From the NCBI RefSeq assembly GCF_000021865.1, contig NC_014034.1, forward strand, positions 180,001-212,000: DNA of 32,000 nt, read 5' to 3'. The translations under genes were made by a program, and so were the position numbers. The DNA is from Rhodobacter capsulatus SB 1003 (lineage in GTDB: Bacteria; Pseudomonadota; Alphaproteobacteria; Rhodobacterales; Rhodobacteraceae). Shown piece after piece: positions 1 to 9,000 of this stretch. The notes below the pieces were generated by a model. It ran no database searches. It was not told where the DNA came from and saw only the letters and a list, made by a program, of their open reading frames with translations. Position 1 is the stretch's first letter. Every line of letters starts with the position of its first letter.

Positions 1-280
1 GCGCGGTCAGATGCTGCGGATAGACCGAGATCTTGTCGGGCACGACAAGGTGGCGATACTGCGCCCCGATCTGCGCGCACCGGGCTGCGCGGGCGCGCAG
101 CAGCGTCACCCAGCCCGCAAGTTCCGGGGCCCCGAAATATCCCGGGTCGGTGTAGTAGCGGCTCACGTCGTTGGAGCCGTCCCACAGGAACAGCCAGCCA
201 TCGCGGCCGCGCAGGATGCCATTTTCGACGGACAGGCTGTCGGTGTCGCTTTTGCCGGGCGGAAAGGGGTCGATACTCAT
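1..280 (-). CDS. 5' part of a hypothetical protein whose gene runs off the left window edge; weak AlgJ/AlgX-like N-terminal pattern (GRDGWLF ... PDK)
   Basis: Minus-strand ATG at 280-278 preceded by AGAGGA with a 9-nt spacer. Translation MSIDPFPPGKSDTDSLSVENGILRGRDGWLFLWDGSNDVSRYYTDPGYFGAPELAGWVTLLRARAARCAQIGAQYRHLVVPDKISVYPQHLTA stays open to position 1. Absent from the ORF track because no stop lies inside the window. Confidence 0.5.
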   Translation of the reverse strand, partial: MSIDPFPPGKSDTDSLSVENGILRGRDGWLFLWDGSNDVSRYYTDPGYFGAPELAGWVTLLRARAARCAQIGAQYRHLVVPDKISVYPQHLTA

Positions 281-541
281 ATGCAGGAGTCCTCTTGCGA
301 CTTTGGTTGCGGTCCGGCCGACCGGGGCGCGAAACCCCCGGGAGCTGGCGCGCAGCGCGGCCAGCCAGCGGATCGTGACGGGGGGGCGCTTCCTGAACAG
401 CGCCGCAAACCCCCGCGCCGGGGGCACGGTCGCATCGATGCTGCGACTGGGTTCACGATCTGGCCACATGACTTGCTCTTTCGGGGGTCTCCGCCCACTG
501 TCTTCACAATGTCATTTCCACCGCAGGCAGACAAGGCCGAC

Positions 542-572
542 AAAAAACGGCAGACGGGAAGCCCGTCTGCCG
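542..572 (-). terminator. Rho-independent terminator of the serralysin-like gene
   Basis: On the minus strand, 26 nt after the stop at 598: CGGCAGACGGG-CTT-CCCGTCTGCCG (11-bp perfect GC-rich stem) followed directly by TTTTTT. Confidence 0.8.
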
Positions 573-597
573 TCGCCGTGCATCCTGCCCCGAGGTC

Positions 598-2358
598 TCA
601 GGCGACCACGAAGAAATCGGCGTTGGTCATCGCAAGGCCGGTGCCAAGCGTCGCCACAAGCACCCGGGCCGTCGCGCCCGTGCCGTCGGCGTCATACCAG
701 AGCGCGCCGGAGTCGGTTTCGTAGATGATCCGGTCCAGTGCATCGGTCGCCAGACCCGTGATGTTCTTGGTGAAGGCATTGGCGGTCAGCGTGCCGGTGG
801 CGGCGATGCCGGTGAAGAACGACCGGTCGAGCCGGATCGTGTCATCGACGACGCTGAAATCGGTGATGATGTCGGCATTGGCCGCGGTCACCGCGACGTT
901 GAACAGGAACGTGTCCTTGCCCGCGCCGCCGATCAGCGTGTCCTGTCCGGTGCTGCCATCGATGAAGTCGTTGCCGGTGCCGCCGTCCAGCTTGTCGTTG
1001 CCGGCGCCGCCGCGCAACGTGTCATTGCCCCCGCGCGACATCAGCGTGTTGCTGGCGTTGTTGCCCATGATCAGGTCATTGCCGTTCCCGGTGACGCCGA
1101 TCTCGATCACCGTGCCGCGGGCAATGCCGAGATTGCCCACCAGACCGGCCAGGTTCGAGAAACTGCCGGGGGCGAGATTGAGGGTCTGGTTGACGTTCGA
1201 GAAGCTGAAATCGATCGTGTCGCGGCCGCCGGCATCATAGATCGTCATCGTCACCGGATCGCCGCCATAGGTCGCGGAGGTGCCCGCCACGAGGCTGTCG
1301 AACAGCGTTTCCAGATAGCCGCCGACATTCGAATTCCGGCCGTAGACGGTGCTGCCCAAGGTGGTGGTCGAGGCGCCATACATCGACTGCATCGCGATGA
1401 TGTCGGACATCATCGCCGACATGACCCAGGCAAAGGACGCGCCGCTGGTGGTGTTGTCGTCCTGGCTGAAATAGGACATCACCGACAGGTGCCAGCTGTC
1501 ATTGGGGAAGGTCGCATCGTCGGGATAGGTCGCCGAGCCGTTGTAGGCGCCCTGATGGCCCAGCCCGAGCGCGTGCCCGATCTCGTGGATGTAGGTCTGC
1601 AGGCTGTAGCCGTCCATCGTGGTGCCATAATTGGCGATCCAGGCGGTGTCGATGTTCACGAAGGAGCTGTTGATTCGCGTGCCGGTGGTGTTCGAGGTCG
1701 AATAGGCGCCATCATCCGAATCGTCGAATTCGATGTCGGCGGTGCCGGTCGTTTCGACGAAGACAAGATTGGCCACGGCGGACCAGGCCTGCAGCGCCCA
1801 GCGCGCCAGCTGTTGCCCGTCGGCGGTCAGGTTGTGCAGATCGACGGTGATGACATTGTCCGAGGTGGTGTCGAAGCTGCGCGCCTGCCCCCCGTTGCTT
1901 TCCCAATAGCCGTTCACCAGATAATCGGCCAGATCGTCGATCGTCGGCGGCGCGACCGTGATCGCCGTCAGCGCATAGCTGCCGGTATAGGAGCTATATC
2001 CCGCCGCTTCGAGGAAATACGTCCCCGAGGTGGTCGCGGTGAAGGTGATCTGCGAATTGGTGCTGTTGGAATAATCGTCGTTGTAGGCAATCTGGTTGCC
2101 CGCGGCATCATAAAGCCTCAGATAGGTGTCGCCCAGCGTGCCGCCGTTCAGGTTGAACTGATAGGTCTGCCCCGCCACGAGGTTGATCCGCACGCCGTCC
2201 CGGTCGCCCGAAGCCGCGATCGTCCCGTTGAACGTGTCCCCGACGCTCATCGTGTAGGTCGTGGTAGTGCCTGCACCGGCATCGGCGATCTCGCCGATCG
2301 CCGCGTAAAGAGGCTCTGCCGTCGCACCGCGCAAAAATTCACTGATCTGTCGTGTCAT
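598..2358 (-). CDS. Serralysin-family (M10B) zinc metalloprotease with an N-terminal PPC-like domain and C-terminal RTX calcium-binding repeats; predicted type I secretion substrate
   Basis: Zinc motif HEIGHALGLGH (aa 258-268) and Met-turn SVMSYF. RTX nonapeptides GGNDTLRGGAGNDKLDGGTGNDFIDGSTGQDTLIGGAGKDTF. C-terminal DFFVVA (acidic residue plus hydrophobic tail). N-terminal GDTYLRLYDAAGNQIAYNDD...GTYFLEA resembles a pre-peptidase C-terminal (PPC) fold. ATG at 2358. Confidence 0.9.
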   Translation of the reverse strand: MTRQISEFLRGATAEPLYAAIGEIADAGAGTTTTYTMSVGDTFNGTIAASGDRDGVRINLVAGQTYQFNLNGGTLGDTYLRLYDAAGNQIAYNDDYSNSTNSQITFTATTSGTYFLEAAGYSSYTGSYALTAITVAPPTIDDLADYLVNGYWESNGGQARSFDTTSDNVITVDLHNLTADGQQLARWALQAWSAVANLVFVETTGTADIEFDDSDDGAYSTSNTTGTRINSSFVNIDTAWIANYGTTMDGYSLQTYIHEIGHALGLGHQGAYNGSATYPDDATFPNDSWHLSVMSYFSQDDNTTSGASFAWVMSAMMSDIIAMQSMYGASTTTLGSTVYGRNSNVGGYLETLFDSLVAGTSATYGGDPVTMTIYDAGGRDTIDFSFSNVNQTLNLAPGSFSNLAGLVGNLGIARGTVIEIGVTGNGNDLIMGNNASNTLMSRGGNDTLRGGAGNDKLDGGTGNDFIDGSTGQDTLIGGAGKDTFLFNVAVTAANADIITDFSVVDDTIRLDRSFFTGIAATGTLTANAFTKNITGLATDALDRIIYETDSGALWYDADGTGATARVLVATLGTGLAMTNADFFVVA

Positions 2359-2392
2359 TCGTGTCGTCCCTTCCCCAATTCTTCAGGCACGC

Positions 2393-2806
2393 CTATCGCG
2401 CAATCGGGCTTGCGTCCCACAAGCTCTGAAAGAACCTGCTGACCATGCCTGCGTTCAAATCGCGATCCATGACGCTGAGCGCCTGCGTCTCGCCCGTTTG
2501 CCAGTCCTCGCCGGGGTGCCGCCATTCCAGATGCGCGACAATCCCGTCTTTCCTCAGCCGCTCGACATGCAGCCGAATGGCGGTCGTCGTTTCCGGGGCC
2601 GTTTCGGGCCCGACCAGCTGGACCCTGCGGTCCGGCAGGCCGGTCGCGATCACCTCCCGCATCAAGCCGCACAGATCCGCCACTTCGGCGGTCTGCGGCA
2701 GGCAGCTCAGGGAAAGGCCCGGGTCGGCACTGACCTGGACGGGGGCAAGACCTGCGCCCATCATCACCAGAACCCTCCCGAATGCGATCAAATGTGTCCC
2801 CACCAT
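2393..2806 (-). CDS. Hypothetical small secreted protein (137 aa) directly upstream of the protease gene
   Basis: Hydrophobic N-terminus LIAFGRVLVMMGAGLAPVQVSA resembles a signal peptide. Two Cys in the mature part. 34-nt gap to the protease start, same strand. No family recognised and no clear SD, so the start is uncertain. Confidence 0.5.
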   Translation of the reverse strand: MVGTHLIAFGRVLVMMGAGLAPVQVSADPGLSLSCLPQTAEVADLCGLMREVIATGLPDRRVQLVGPETAPETTTAIRLHVERLRKDGIVAHLEWRHPGEDWQTGETQALSVMDRDLNAGMVSRFFQSLWDASPIAR

Positions 2807-2854
2807 GGCATCAGACTACCGTCGGCGGTGGCACCTGTCTATCCTGTTGACGGG

Positions 2855-3604
2855 TCAGGGGCTGAAGCAATCGGCGCGGCCGTCGGCCTTGATCGTGGCG
2901 GCGCCATCGGCGATCTGATTGGCCCGTTTCGAGACATAGCGCGAGGGCCGGGCGGCGTTGCGATCTTTCGGATCGGGCAGCACCGCGGCCAGGAGCGACG
3001 CCTGCCGCGGTGTCAGCTTCGCCGGGGTGGTGCGGAAATAATGGAAGGCGGCGGCATTGACGCCGAACACCCCCTCGCCGAATTCCGCAACGTTCAGATA
3101 GACTTCCAATATCCGCCGCTTGGTCCAGACCGCCTCGACCGCGGGCGTCAGAAGCGCCTCGAGCGCCTTGCGCAGCCAGCTGCGGCCCTGCCAGAGGAAG
3201 ACGTTCTTCGTCACCTGTTGCGACAGCGTGGAGGCGCCGCGATTGGCGCCCTTGTCGATCGCCTGCCGGATCGCCCCCATGTCGAAGCCCCAGTGGGTGC
3301 AGAAATTCGCATCCTCGGCCGCCACGACCGAGCGCGCCATCACCGGGGCGATATCCTCGAAATCGGTCCATTCCTGATCGAGCTTGCCCAGCCGCTGCTT
3401 TTCGCTCCACATCGTGAAGGTCGTCGGCGGATCGAGCACGTCATAAAGCACGATCAGCGCCAGATAGGCCGCCAGAATGCCGAGGCTGATCCGCGCCGTC
3501 CAGGCCCCGGCAAAGCGCAGGGGCGCAAGCAGCAGGGCCCCGACCGAGCGGGCACGCCCCGGGGGAATCGTCGCTTTGATCGGGTTTTTCCTGCGTGCCG
3601 CCAT
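2855..3604 (-). CDS. mtgA: Monofunctional biosynthetic peptidoglycan transglycosylase (GT51)
   Basis: GT51 motifs EDANFCTHWGFD, RGASTLSQQVTKNVFL and RILEVYLNVAEFGEGVFG, plus an N-terminal TM helix. I chose the ATG at 3604 (MAARRKNPIK) because the longer track ORF (to 3730) would read through the gltB stop and the terminator hairpin at 3651-3682. The ATG at 3691 remains an alternative. Confidence 0.88.
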   Translation of the reverse strand: MAARRKNPIKATIPPGRARSVGALLLAPLRFAGAWTARISLGILAAYLALIVLYDVLDPPTTFTMWSEKQRLGKLDQEWTDFEDIAPVMARSVVAAEDANFCTHWGFDMGAIRQAIDKGANRGASTLSQQVTKNVFLWQGRSWLRKALEALLTPAVEAVWTKRRILEVYLNVAEFGEGVFGVNAAAFHYFRTTPAKLTPRQASLLAAVLPDPKDRNAARPSRYVSKRANQIADGAATIKADGRADCFSP

Positions 3605-3650
3605 TGCGCCATCTGTCACGCCACGGGGGAGCCGGTCAAGCCGCGCCCGA

Positions 3651-3682
3651 ACGGGAAAGGGCGGGGTCACCCGACCCCGCCC
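3651..3682 (-). terminator. Putative intrinsic terminator or attenuator after gltB
   Basis: Minus strand: GGGCGGGGTC-GGGT-GACCCCGCCC (10-bp perfect stem) followed by TTTCCCGTT, a short interrupted T-tract. Starts 20 nt after the gltB stop. Confidence 0.5.
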
Positions 3683-3701
3683 CCTTGTCATGTGCGCCCG
3701 C

Positions 3702-6700
3702 TTACTCGGCCGGAACCGCCTTCGGTTCATCGGAAAGCGGATGCGGCAGATGCACCAGCATTTCCTTCGGGCAGACCTGCAGGAAGTTCTTCCGCTCGGC
3801 CTCCCAGTTCGAGAGGATCGCCTTCGCCTTGACCGAGCCGGTCTCGGCGGCGTGCCGCTCGATCAGGCCCTTGAGCTGCGCTTCCCAATGCGGATGGCCC
3901 AGCCCGCAGGTGACAAGGCTTTCAAGGTTCATGTAATCCTCGGCCAGGTTGTCCGGGTCGTAAAGATAGGCCATGCCGCCGGTCATGCCCGCGCCGAAGT
4001 TGGCGCCGATCCGGCCAAGGATCACCGCAACGCCGCCCGTCATGTATTCGCAGCCGTTCGAGCCGCAGCCCTCGACCACCACCTTGGCGCCCGAGTTGCG
4101 CACGGCAAAGCGTTCGCCCGCCCGGCCCGCCGCGAACAGATAGCCATCGGTCGCGCCGTAAAGCACGGTGTTGCCGATGATCGTGTTCTCGGCCGCGACC
4201 AGCGGCGAGGACATCGGCGGCCGCACGACGATGATGCCGCCCGAAAGCCCCTTGCCGACATAGTCGTTGGCGTCGCCCGAAACTTCCAGCTTCAGCCCCT
4301 GCGCCGCGAAGGCGCCCAGCGACTGCCCGCAAGACCCGGTCAGCTTCACCGTCAGATGATCGGGCTGCAGCGCGTTGCGCATCCCGAAGTTCTTGACGAT
4401 ATGGCTCGAGGCCCGCGTCCCGATCGTGCGCAAAGTGTTGCGCACGGCGTAGCTCAGCTGCATCTTCTCGCCGTCCTCGAAGAAGCGGTGACCATCCTTG
4501 ATGATCTCGGCATCCAGCGTGTCGGGCACGAAGTTGCGCGGTTTCGAGCGGTCGTAGACGATCTTGTCCCAGCCATCGACGGTGATCAGAAGCGGGTTCA
4601 GGTCGAGGTCGTCCAGGTGCGCAGAGCCGCGGTTCATCTGCGTCAAGAGATCCGCCCGGCCGATGATTTCATCCATCGAACGCGCGCCGATCGAGGCCAG
4701 CAGTTCCCGCACTTCCTGCGCGTAGAAGGTGATCAGGTTCACCACCTTGTCCGCCGTGCCGGTGAATTTGGCGCGCAGTTTCGGGTCCTGCGTGCACACG
4801 CCCACCGGGCAGGTGTTCGACTGGCACTGACGCACCATGATGCAACCCATCGCGATCAGCGCGGCGGTGCCGATGCCGTATTCCTCGGCCCCCATCATCG
4901 CCGCCATCACGATATCGCGCCCGGTGCGCAGACCGCCATCGGTGCGCAGGGTCACCCGCTCGCGCAGGTTGTTCATCGCCAGAACCTGATGCGCCTCGGT
5001 CAGACCCATCTCCCAGGGCAGGCCGGCGTATTTGATCGAGGTCGCGGGGCTGGCCCCGGTGCCGCCATTGTGGCCCGAGATCAGGATGATGTCGGCCTTC
5101 GCCTTGGCCACCCCGGCCGCAATCGTGCCGACGCCGGACGAAGCCACCAGCTTCACCGTCACCTTGGCGCGCGGGTTGATCTGCTTGAGGTCATAGATCA
5201 GCTGCGCGAGGTCTTCGATCGAATAGATGTCATGATGCGGCGGCGGCGAGATCAGCGTCACGCCCTTGGTCGAATGCCGTAGCCGCGCGATCAGTTCGGT
5301 CACCTTCATGCCCGGAAGCTGGCCGCCCTCGCCGGGTTTGGCGCCCTGGGCCACCTTGATCTCAAGCTCTTCGCAGGCGTTCAGATATTCGGCGGTGACG
5401 CCAAAGCGCCCCGAAGCCACCTGCTTGATCTTGGCGGACGGGTTGTCGCCGTTCGGTTCGGGCACGAAATGCGCCGGATCCTCGCCGCCTTCGCCACTGT
5501 CGGACTTGGCGCCGATGCGGTTCATCGCGACGTTGAGAAGCTTGTGCGCCTCGGGCGAAAGCGCGCCGAGCGACATGCCCGGGGTGACAAAGCGTTTGCG
5601 GATCGCGGTGATGCTTTCGACTTCCTCGATCGGCACCGGACGGCCCAAAGGCTTGATGTCGAGCAGATCGCGGATGTGGATCGGCGGATTGGCCCGCATC
5701 ATCGCGGAATATTGCTTCCACAGATCGAAGCTCGACCGGTCACAGGCCGCTTGCAGCATGTGCATGGTCTGCGCTTCCCAGGCGTGTTTCTCGCCGGTTT
5801 TGCGCGCCTTGTAGAAACCGCCGATCGGCAGCACGTCCTGACCGCCCAGCCAGCCCTTGCCATGCACCTGTTCCAGCTTGTGCTGGATGCCGTGCAGACC
5901 GATCCCCGAGATCCGGCTTTGCATGCCGGGGAAATATTCGGCGACCATGGCGCGGCTCAGCCCCACGGCTTCGAAGTTCAGACCGCCGCGGTAAGACGAG
6001 ATGATCGAGATCCCCATCTTCGACATGATCTTCAAGAGGCCCGCGTCGATCGCATCGCGATAGCGGCGCAGCGCGTCTTCCAGCGTGCCATCGAGCAGCC
6101 CGCGTTCGATCCGGTCAGCAATCGAATCCTGCGCCAGATAGGGATTCACCGTCGTCGCCCCCGAGCCGATCAGCACGGCGAAGTAATGGCTGTCGATGCA
6201 TTCGGCCGCGCGCACGTTGATCGAGGTGAAGGTCCGCAGCCCCTTGCGGGTCAGCCAGGAATGCACCGCCGAAGTGGCAAGGATCATCGGCATCGCGACC
6301 TTGGACGGGCTTTGATGCTCGTCGGTCAGCACAAGGTGCGACGCGCCCGAGCGCACGGCATCCTCGGCCTCGGCGCGAATGCGTTCGAGCCCTTCGCGCA
6401 GGGCTTCCTGATCGGCGCCCGCCGGGAAGGTGCAGTCGATCTGCGCCACTTTCGCGCCGAAGGTCTTCATCATCACGTTGAATTCGGTGTTCGCGATGAA
6501 GGGGCTTTCCAGGATCCAGATATCGGTCTGCGAACCGTCCTCATCCAGCACGTTCTTCAGGTTGCCAAAGCGCGTCTTCAGCGACATCACCCGGCTTTCG
6601 CGCAAGGAGTCGATCGGCGGGTTGGTCACCTGGCTGAAGTTCTGGCGGAAGAAATGGCTCAGCGGGCGGTATTGCTTCGAGAGCACCGCGGGCGGGGTGT

Positions 6701-8240
6701 CGTCGCCCATCGAGGCCACGGCTTCCTTGCCGTCCTCGGCCATCGGCGCCAGGATGTTTTCCAGCTCTTCGACCGAATAGCCCGCCGCGATCTGGCGCTT
6801 GCGCAGCTCGGCGCCGGTGTAGACGGCTTTTTCCGGCACATCGCGCAGGATCGCGTTCAGATCGACGACTTTCTCGACCCATTCGCCAAAGGGCTGGCTG
6901 TTTGCCAGTCGGTTCTTGATGTCCTTGTCGTGGTAGAGCTTGCCCTCGCGCATGTCGACGGCGATCATCTGCCCCGGCCCGAGCGCGCCTTTTTCGCGCA
7001 CGTTCATCTCGTCCACCGGCACCATCCCGGCTTCCGACCCGGCAATCAGCATGCCGTCGCCCGTCACCACATAGCGCATCGGACGCAGGCCGTTGCGGTC
7101 AAGCCCGCCGCAGACCCAGCGGCCATCGGTCATGGCAAGTGCCGCCGGACCGTCCCAGGGCTCCATCACCGAGTTGCAATAGGCATACATGTGCTGCCAG
7201 GCCTTCGGCATGTCGGTCGTGGCTTTCGACCAGGCTTCCGGCACCAGCATGGTTTTCGTCATCGGCGCCGAGCGGCCCGAGCGCACCATCACCTCGAAGA
7301 CCGCATCCAGCGCCCCCGAATCCGACACGCCCGCCGGGATGATCGGCTTGATATCCTCGGCCGCATCCCCGAACGCCGTCGAGGCCATGCGGATCTCGTG
7401 GCTTTTCATCCAGTTGATGTTGCCCTTGATCGTGTTGATCTCGCCGTTATGGGCGAGCATCCGGAAGGGCTGCGCCAGCCACCATTGCGGGAAGGTGTTG
7501 GTCGAATAGCGCTGGTGATAGATCGCGAAGGCCGATTCAAAGCGGTCGTCCTTCAGATCCGGATAGAATTCCGCCACCTGTTCGGCCAGCATCATCCCCT
7601 TGTAGATGATCGAGCGGCAGGACAGCGAACAGATGTAAAGCCCGGCGATCTGCGCGGCGATGGCGGCTTTTTCGATCCGGCGGCGGATCACGTAAAGCTC
7701 GCGTTCAAAGGTCTCGTCGTCGATGTCCTTTTCGCAGCGGATCAGGATCTGTTCGATCTCGGGCCGGGTCGCATTGGCCTTCTCGCCCAGAACGCCGGTG
7801 TTCACCGGCACATGGCGCCAGCCGTAGATGTAATGGCCCATCCGCAGCACTTCGCTTTCGACGATCGTGCGGCAGCGTTCCTGCGCGCCGAAATCGGTCC
7901 GCGGCAGGAAGATCTGCCCGACGGCGATGCGTTTTTCCATGTCGGGCTCGTGCCCGGTGCGGCGGATCTGGTCATAGAAGAAGGGGACCGGGATCTGCAC
8001 ATGGATGCCCGCGCCGTCGCCGGTCTTGCCATCGGCATCGACCGCGCCGCGGTGCCAGATCGCCTTCAGCGCGTCGATGCCAGAGGCCACGACCTTGCGG
8101 CTGGCCTTGCCATCCAGCGCCACCACAAGCCCCACGCCGCAGGACGAATGTTCATCCTCGGTCTTGTAGAGCGCGTTTTCGTCCATCCACTTGCGCTTGG
8201 CTTCCTCGGCGGCAACCCAGGCTTCGTCATATTTGGTCAT
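3702..8240 (-). CDS. gltB: Glutamate synthase (NADPH) large subunit
   Basis: 1,512 aa. Ntn-amidotransferase start ...HSSCGVGLVVALDG, FMN/Fe-S central domain and a C-terminal GXGXG beta-helix domain (GDANDYVGKGLSGG). ATG at 8240 with AAGGAGG 7 nt upstream. Confidence 0.98.
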   Translation of the reverse strand: MTKYDEAWVAAEEAKRKWMDENALYKTEDEHSSCGVGLVVALDGKASRKVVASGIDALKAIWHRGAVDADGKTGDGAGIHVQIPVPFFYDQIRRTGHEPDMEKRIAVGQIFLPRTDFGAQERCRTIVESEVLRMGHYIYGWRHVPVNTGVLGEKANATRPEIEQILIRCEKDIDDETFERELYVIRRRIEKAAIAAQIAGLYICSLSCRSIIYKGMMLAEQVAEFYPDLKDDRFESAFAIYHQRYSTNTFPQWWLAQPFRMLAHNGEINTIKGNINWMKSHEIRMASTAFGDAAEDIKPIIPAGVSDSGALDAVFEVMVRSGRSAPMTKTMLVPEAWSKATTDMPKAWQHMYAYCNSVMEPWDGPAALAMTDGRWVCGGLDRNGLRPMRYVVTGDGMLIAGSEAGMVPVDEMNVREKGALGPGQMIAVDMREGKLYHDKDIKNRLANSQPFGEWVEKVVDLNAILRDVPEKAVYTGAELRKRQIAAGYSVEELENILAPMAEDGKEAVASMGDDTPPAVLSKQYRPLSHFFRQNFSQVTNPPIDSLRESRVMSLKTRFGNLKNVLDEDGSQTDIWILESPFIANTEFNVMMKTFGAKVAQIDCTFPAGADQEALREGLERIRAEAEDAVRSGASHLVLTDEHQSPSKVAMPMILATSAVHSWLTRKGLRTFTSINVRAAECIDSHYFAVLIGSGATTVNPYLAQDSIADRIERGLLDGTLEDALRRYRDAIDAGLLKIMSKMGISIISSYRGGLNFEAVGLSRAMVAEYFPGMQSRISGIGLHGIQHKLEQVHGKGWLGGQDVLPIGGFYKARKTGEKHAWEAQTMHMLQAACDRSSFDLWKQYSAMMRANPPIHIRDLLDIKPLGRPVPIEEVESITAIRKRFVTPGMSLGALSPEAHKLLNVAMNRIGAKSDSGEGGEDPAHFVPEPNGDNPSAKIKQVASGRFGVTAEYLNACEELEIKVAQGAKPGEGGQLPGMKVTELIARLRHSTKGVTLISPPPHHDIYSIEDLAQLIYDLKQINPRAKVTVKLVASSGVGTIAAGVAKAKADIILISGHNGGTGASPATSIKYAGLPWEMGLTEAHQVLAMNNLRERVTLRTDGGLRTGRDIVMAAMMGAEEYGIGTAALIAMGCIMVRQCQSNTCPVGVCTQDPKLRAKFTGTADKVVNLITFYAQEVRELLASIGARSMDEIIGRADLLTQMNRGSAHLDDLDLNPLLITVDGWDKIVYDRSKPRNFVPDTLDAEIIKDGHRFFEDGEKMQLSYAVRNTLRTIGTRASSHIVKNFGMRNALQPDHLTVKLTGSCGQSLGAFAAQGLKLEVSGDANDYVGKGLSGGIIVVRPPMSSPLVAAENTIIGNTVLYGATDGYLFAAGRAGERFAVRNSGAKVVVEGCGSNGCEYMTGGVAVILGRIGANFGAGMTGGMAYLYDPDNLAEDYMNLESLVTCGLGHPHWEAQLKGLIERHAAETGSVKAKAILSNWEAERKNFLQVCPKEMLVHLPHPLSDEPKAVPAE

Positions 8241-8974
8241 CTCAAGGCCTCCTTCGAGGGATGGTCAAGCGACAGATCGGTCATCATCATGTCGCAGTCA
8301 TATTGCGGTGTGGCGGCGGCGAAATCGGCGTCGCCGGGAAAGGCGAAGGTCACCGGCCCTTCGGTGGTGGTGACCCGGTCGCCGAAGCCGTTTTCGTAAG
8401 TCTCGGTCTGGGCAAAGAAGACGCGCATCTGCCGGCTGATCACCTGCATCCCCTTGCGGGTGGCGACCACGTTGCCGGCCGCGTCCTCGATCTCCATCTC
8501 GAAGGCGCAGCGTTCGAGGGGCACGCCGTCGATGCTGGTGCTTTCGCCGGTCAGTTGGTCGAAGCCCTTGAAGCGCTGCACCAGCCCGGTGTTCGTGCGG
8601 GTGATGAAGTCGTAATCATCGCGGCCCGTGGCCAGAAGCGTGCTGAACGAGGCATTGTCCCGTGAGCCCGCCGCATCCAGCTTTTCCACCGTGCCGTCCT
8701 TCAGGCTGACCGATTCCATCCAGCGGGTTTCCGCATCGGTGCGGCTGACGAAAAAGGCGCCCTCGCCATCGGCGATGGAGACCCATTGATCGCCCGGGGC
8801 ATCGCCCGCGCAGGTGTAGTAATTGGCCACCTGACAGGCATGCAGCTGCACCGTGGTTTGCAGCGTGCAGCCCGGCGGCGGGGTGAATTTGGGCTCTGCC
8901 GCCGCGGGCAGGGCGGCGAAAAGCCCCCCGATCGCGGCCAGAATGCCCCCAAGACCTGCCCGATGCCGAAGCAT
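8237..8974 (-). CDS. Hypothetical secreted protein (245 aa) between gltD and gltB
   Basis: ATG at 8974 gives MLRHRAGLGGILAAIGGLFAALPAAAEP..., a clear signal peptide. Its TGA overlaps the gltB ATG (ATGA), and the gltB SD lies inside its last codons. The track's longer N-terminal extension (to 9208) overlaps gltD and is Arg-rich junk. Confidence 0.65.
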   Translation of the reverse strand: MLRHRAGLGGILAAIGGLFAALPAAAEPKFTPPPGCTLQTTVQLHACQVANYYTCAGDAPGDQWVSIADGEGAFFVSRTDAETRWMESVSLKDGTVEKLDAAGSRDNASFSTLLATGRDDYDFITRTNTGLVQRFKGFDQLTGESTSIDGVPLERCAFEMEIEDAAGNVVATRKGMQVISRQMRVFFAQTETYENGFGDRVTTTEGPVTFAFPGDADFAAATPQYDCDMMMTDLSLDHPSKEALR

Positions 8975-9000
8975 GGCTTTGTCCTTTCGCGGATTGCGGA

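Noticed and set aside
277-543. 88-aa minus-strand ORF, and plus-strand ORFs 11-724 and 171-728, in the region between the serralysin terminator and the truncated left-edge gene.
   Set aside because: The minus ORF spans the intergenic leader and is out of frame with the left-edge gene, sharing only 277-280 with its start codon. The plus ORFs are antisense to the left-edge gene and to the protease 3' end. None has an SD, a motif or plausible composition.
3477-8399. Plus-strand ORFs 3477-5282 (601 aa) and 5469-8399 (976 aa).
   Set aside because: Antisense shadows of gltB: the second is codon-aligned to gltB, the first is in a different antisense frame. The composition is Arg/His/Gly-rich and no motifs are present. 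gltB on the minus strand is unambiguous.
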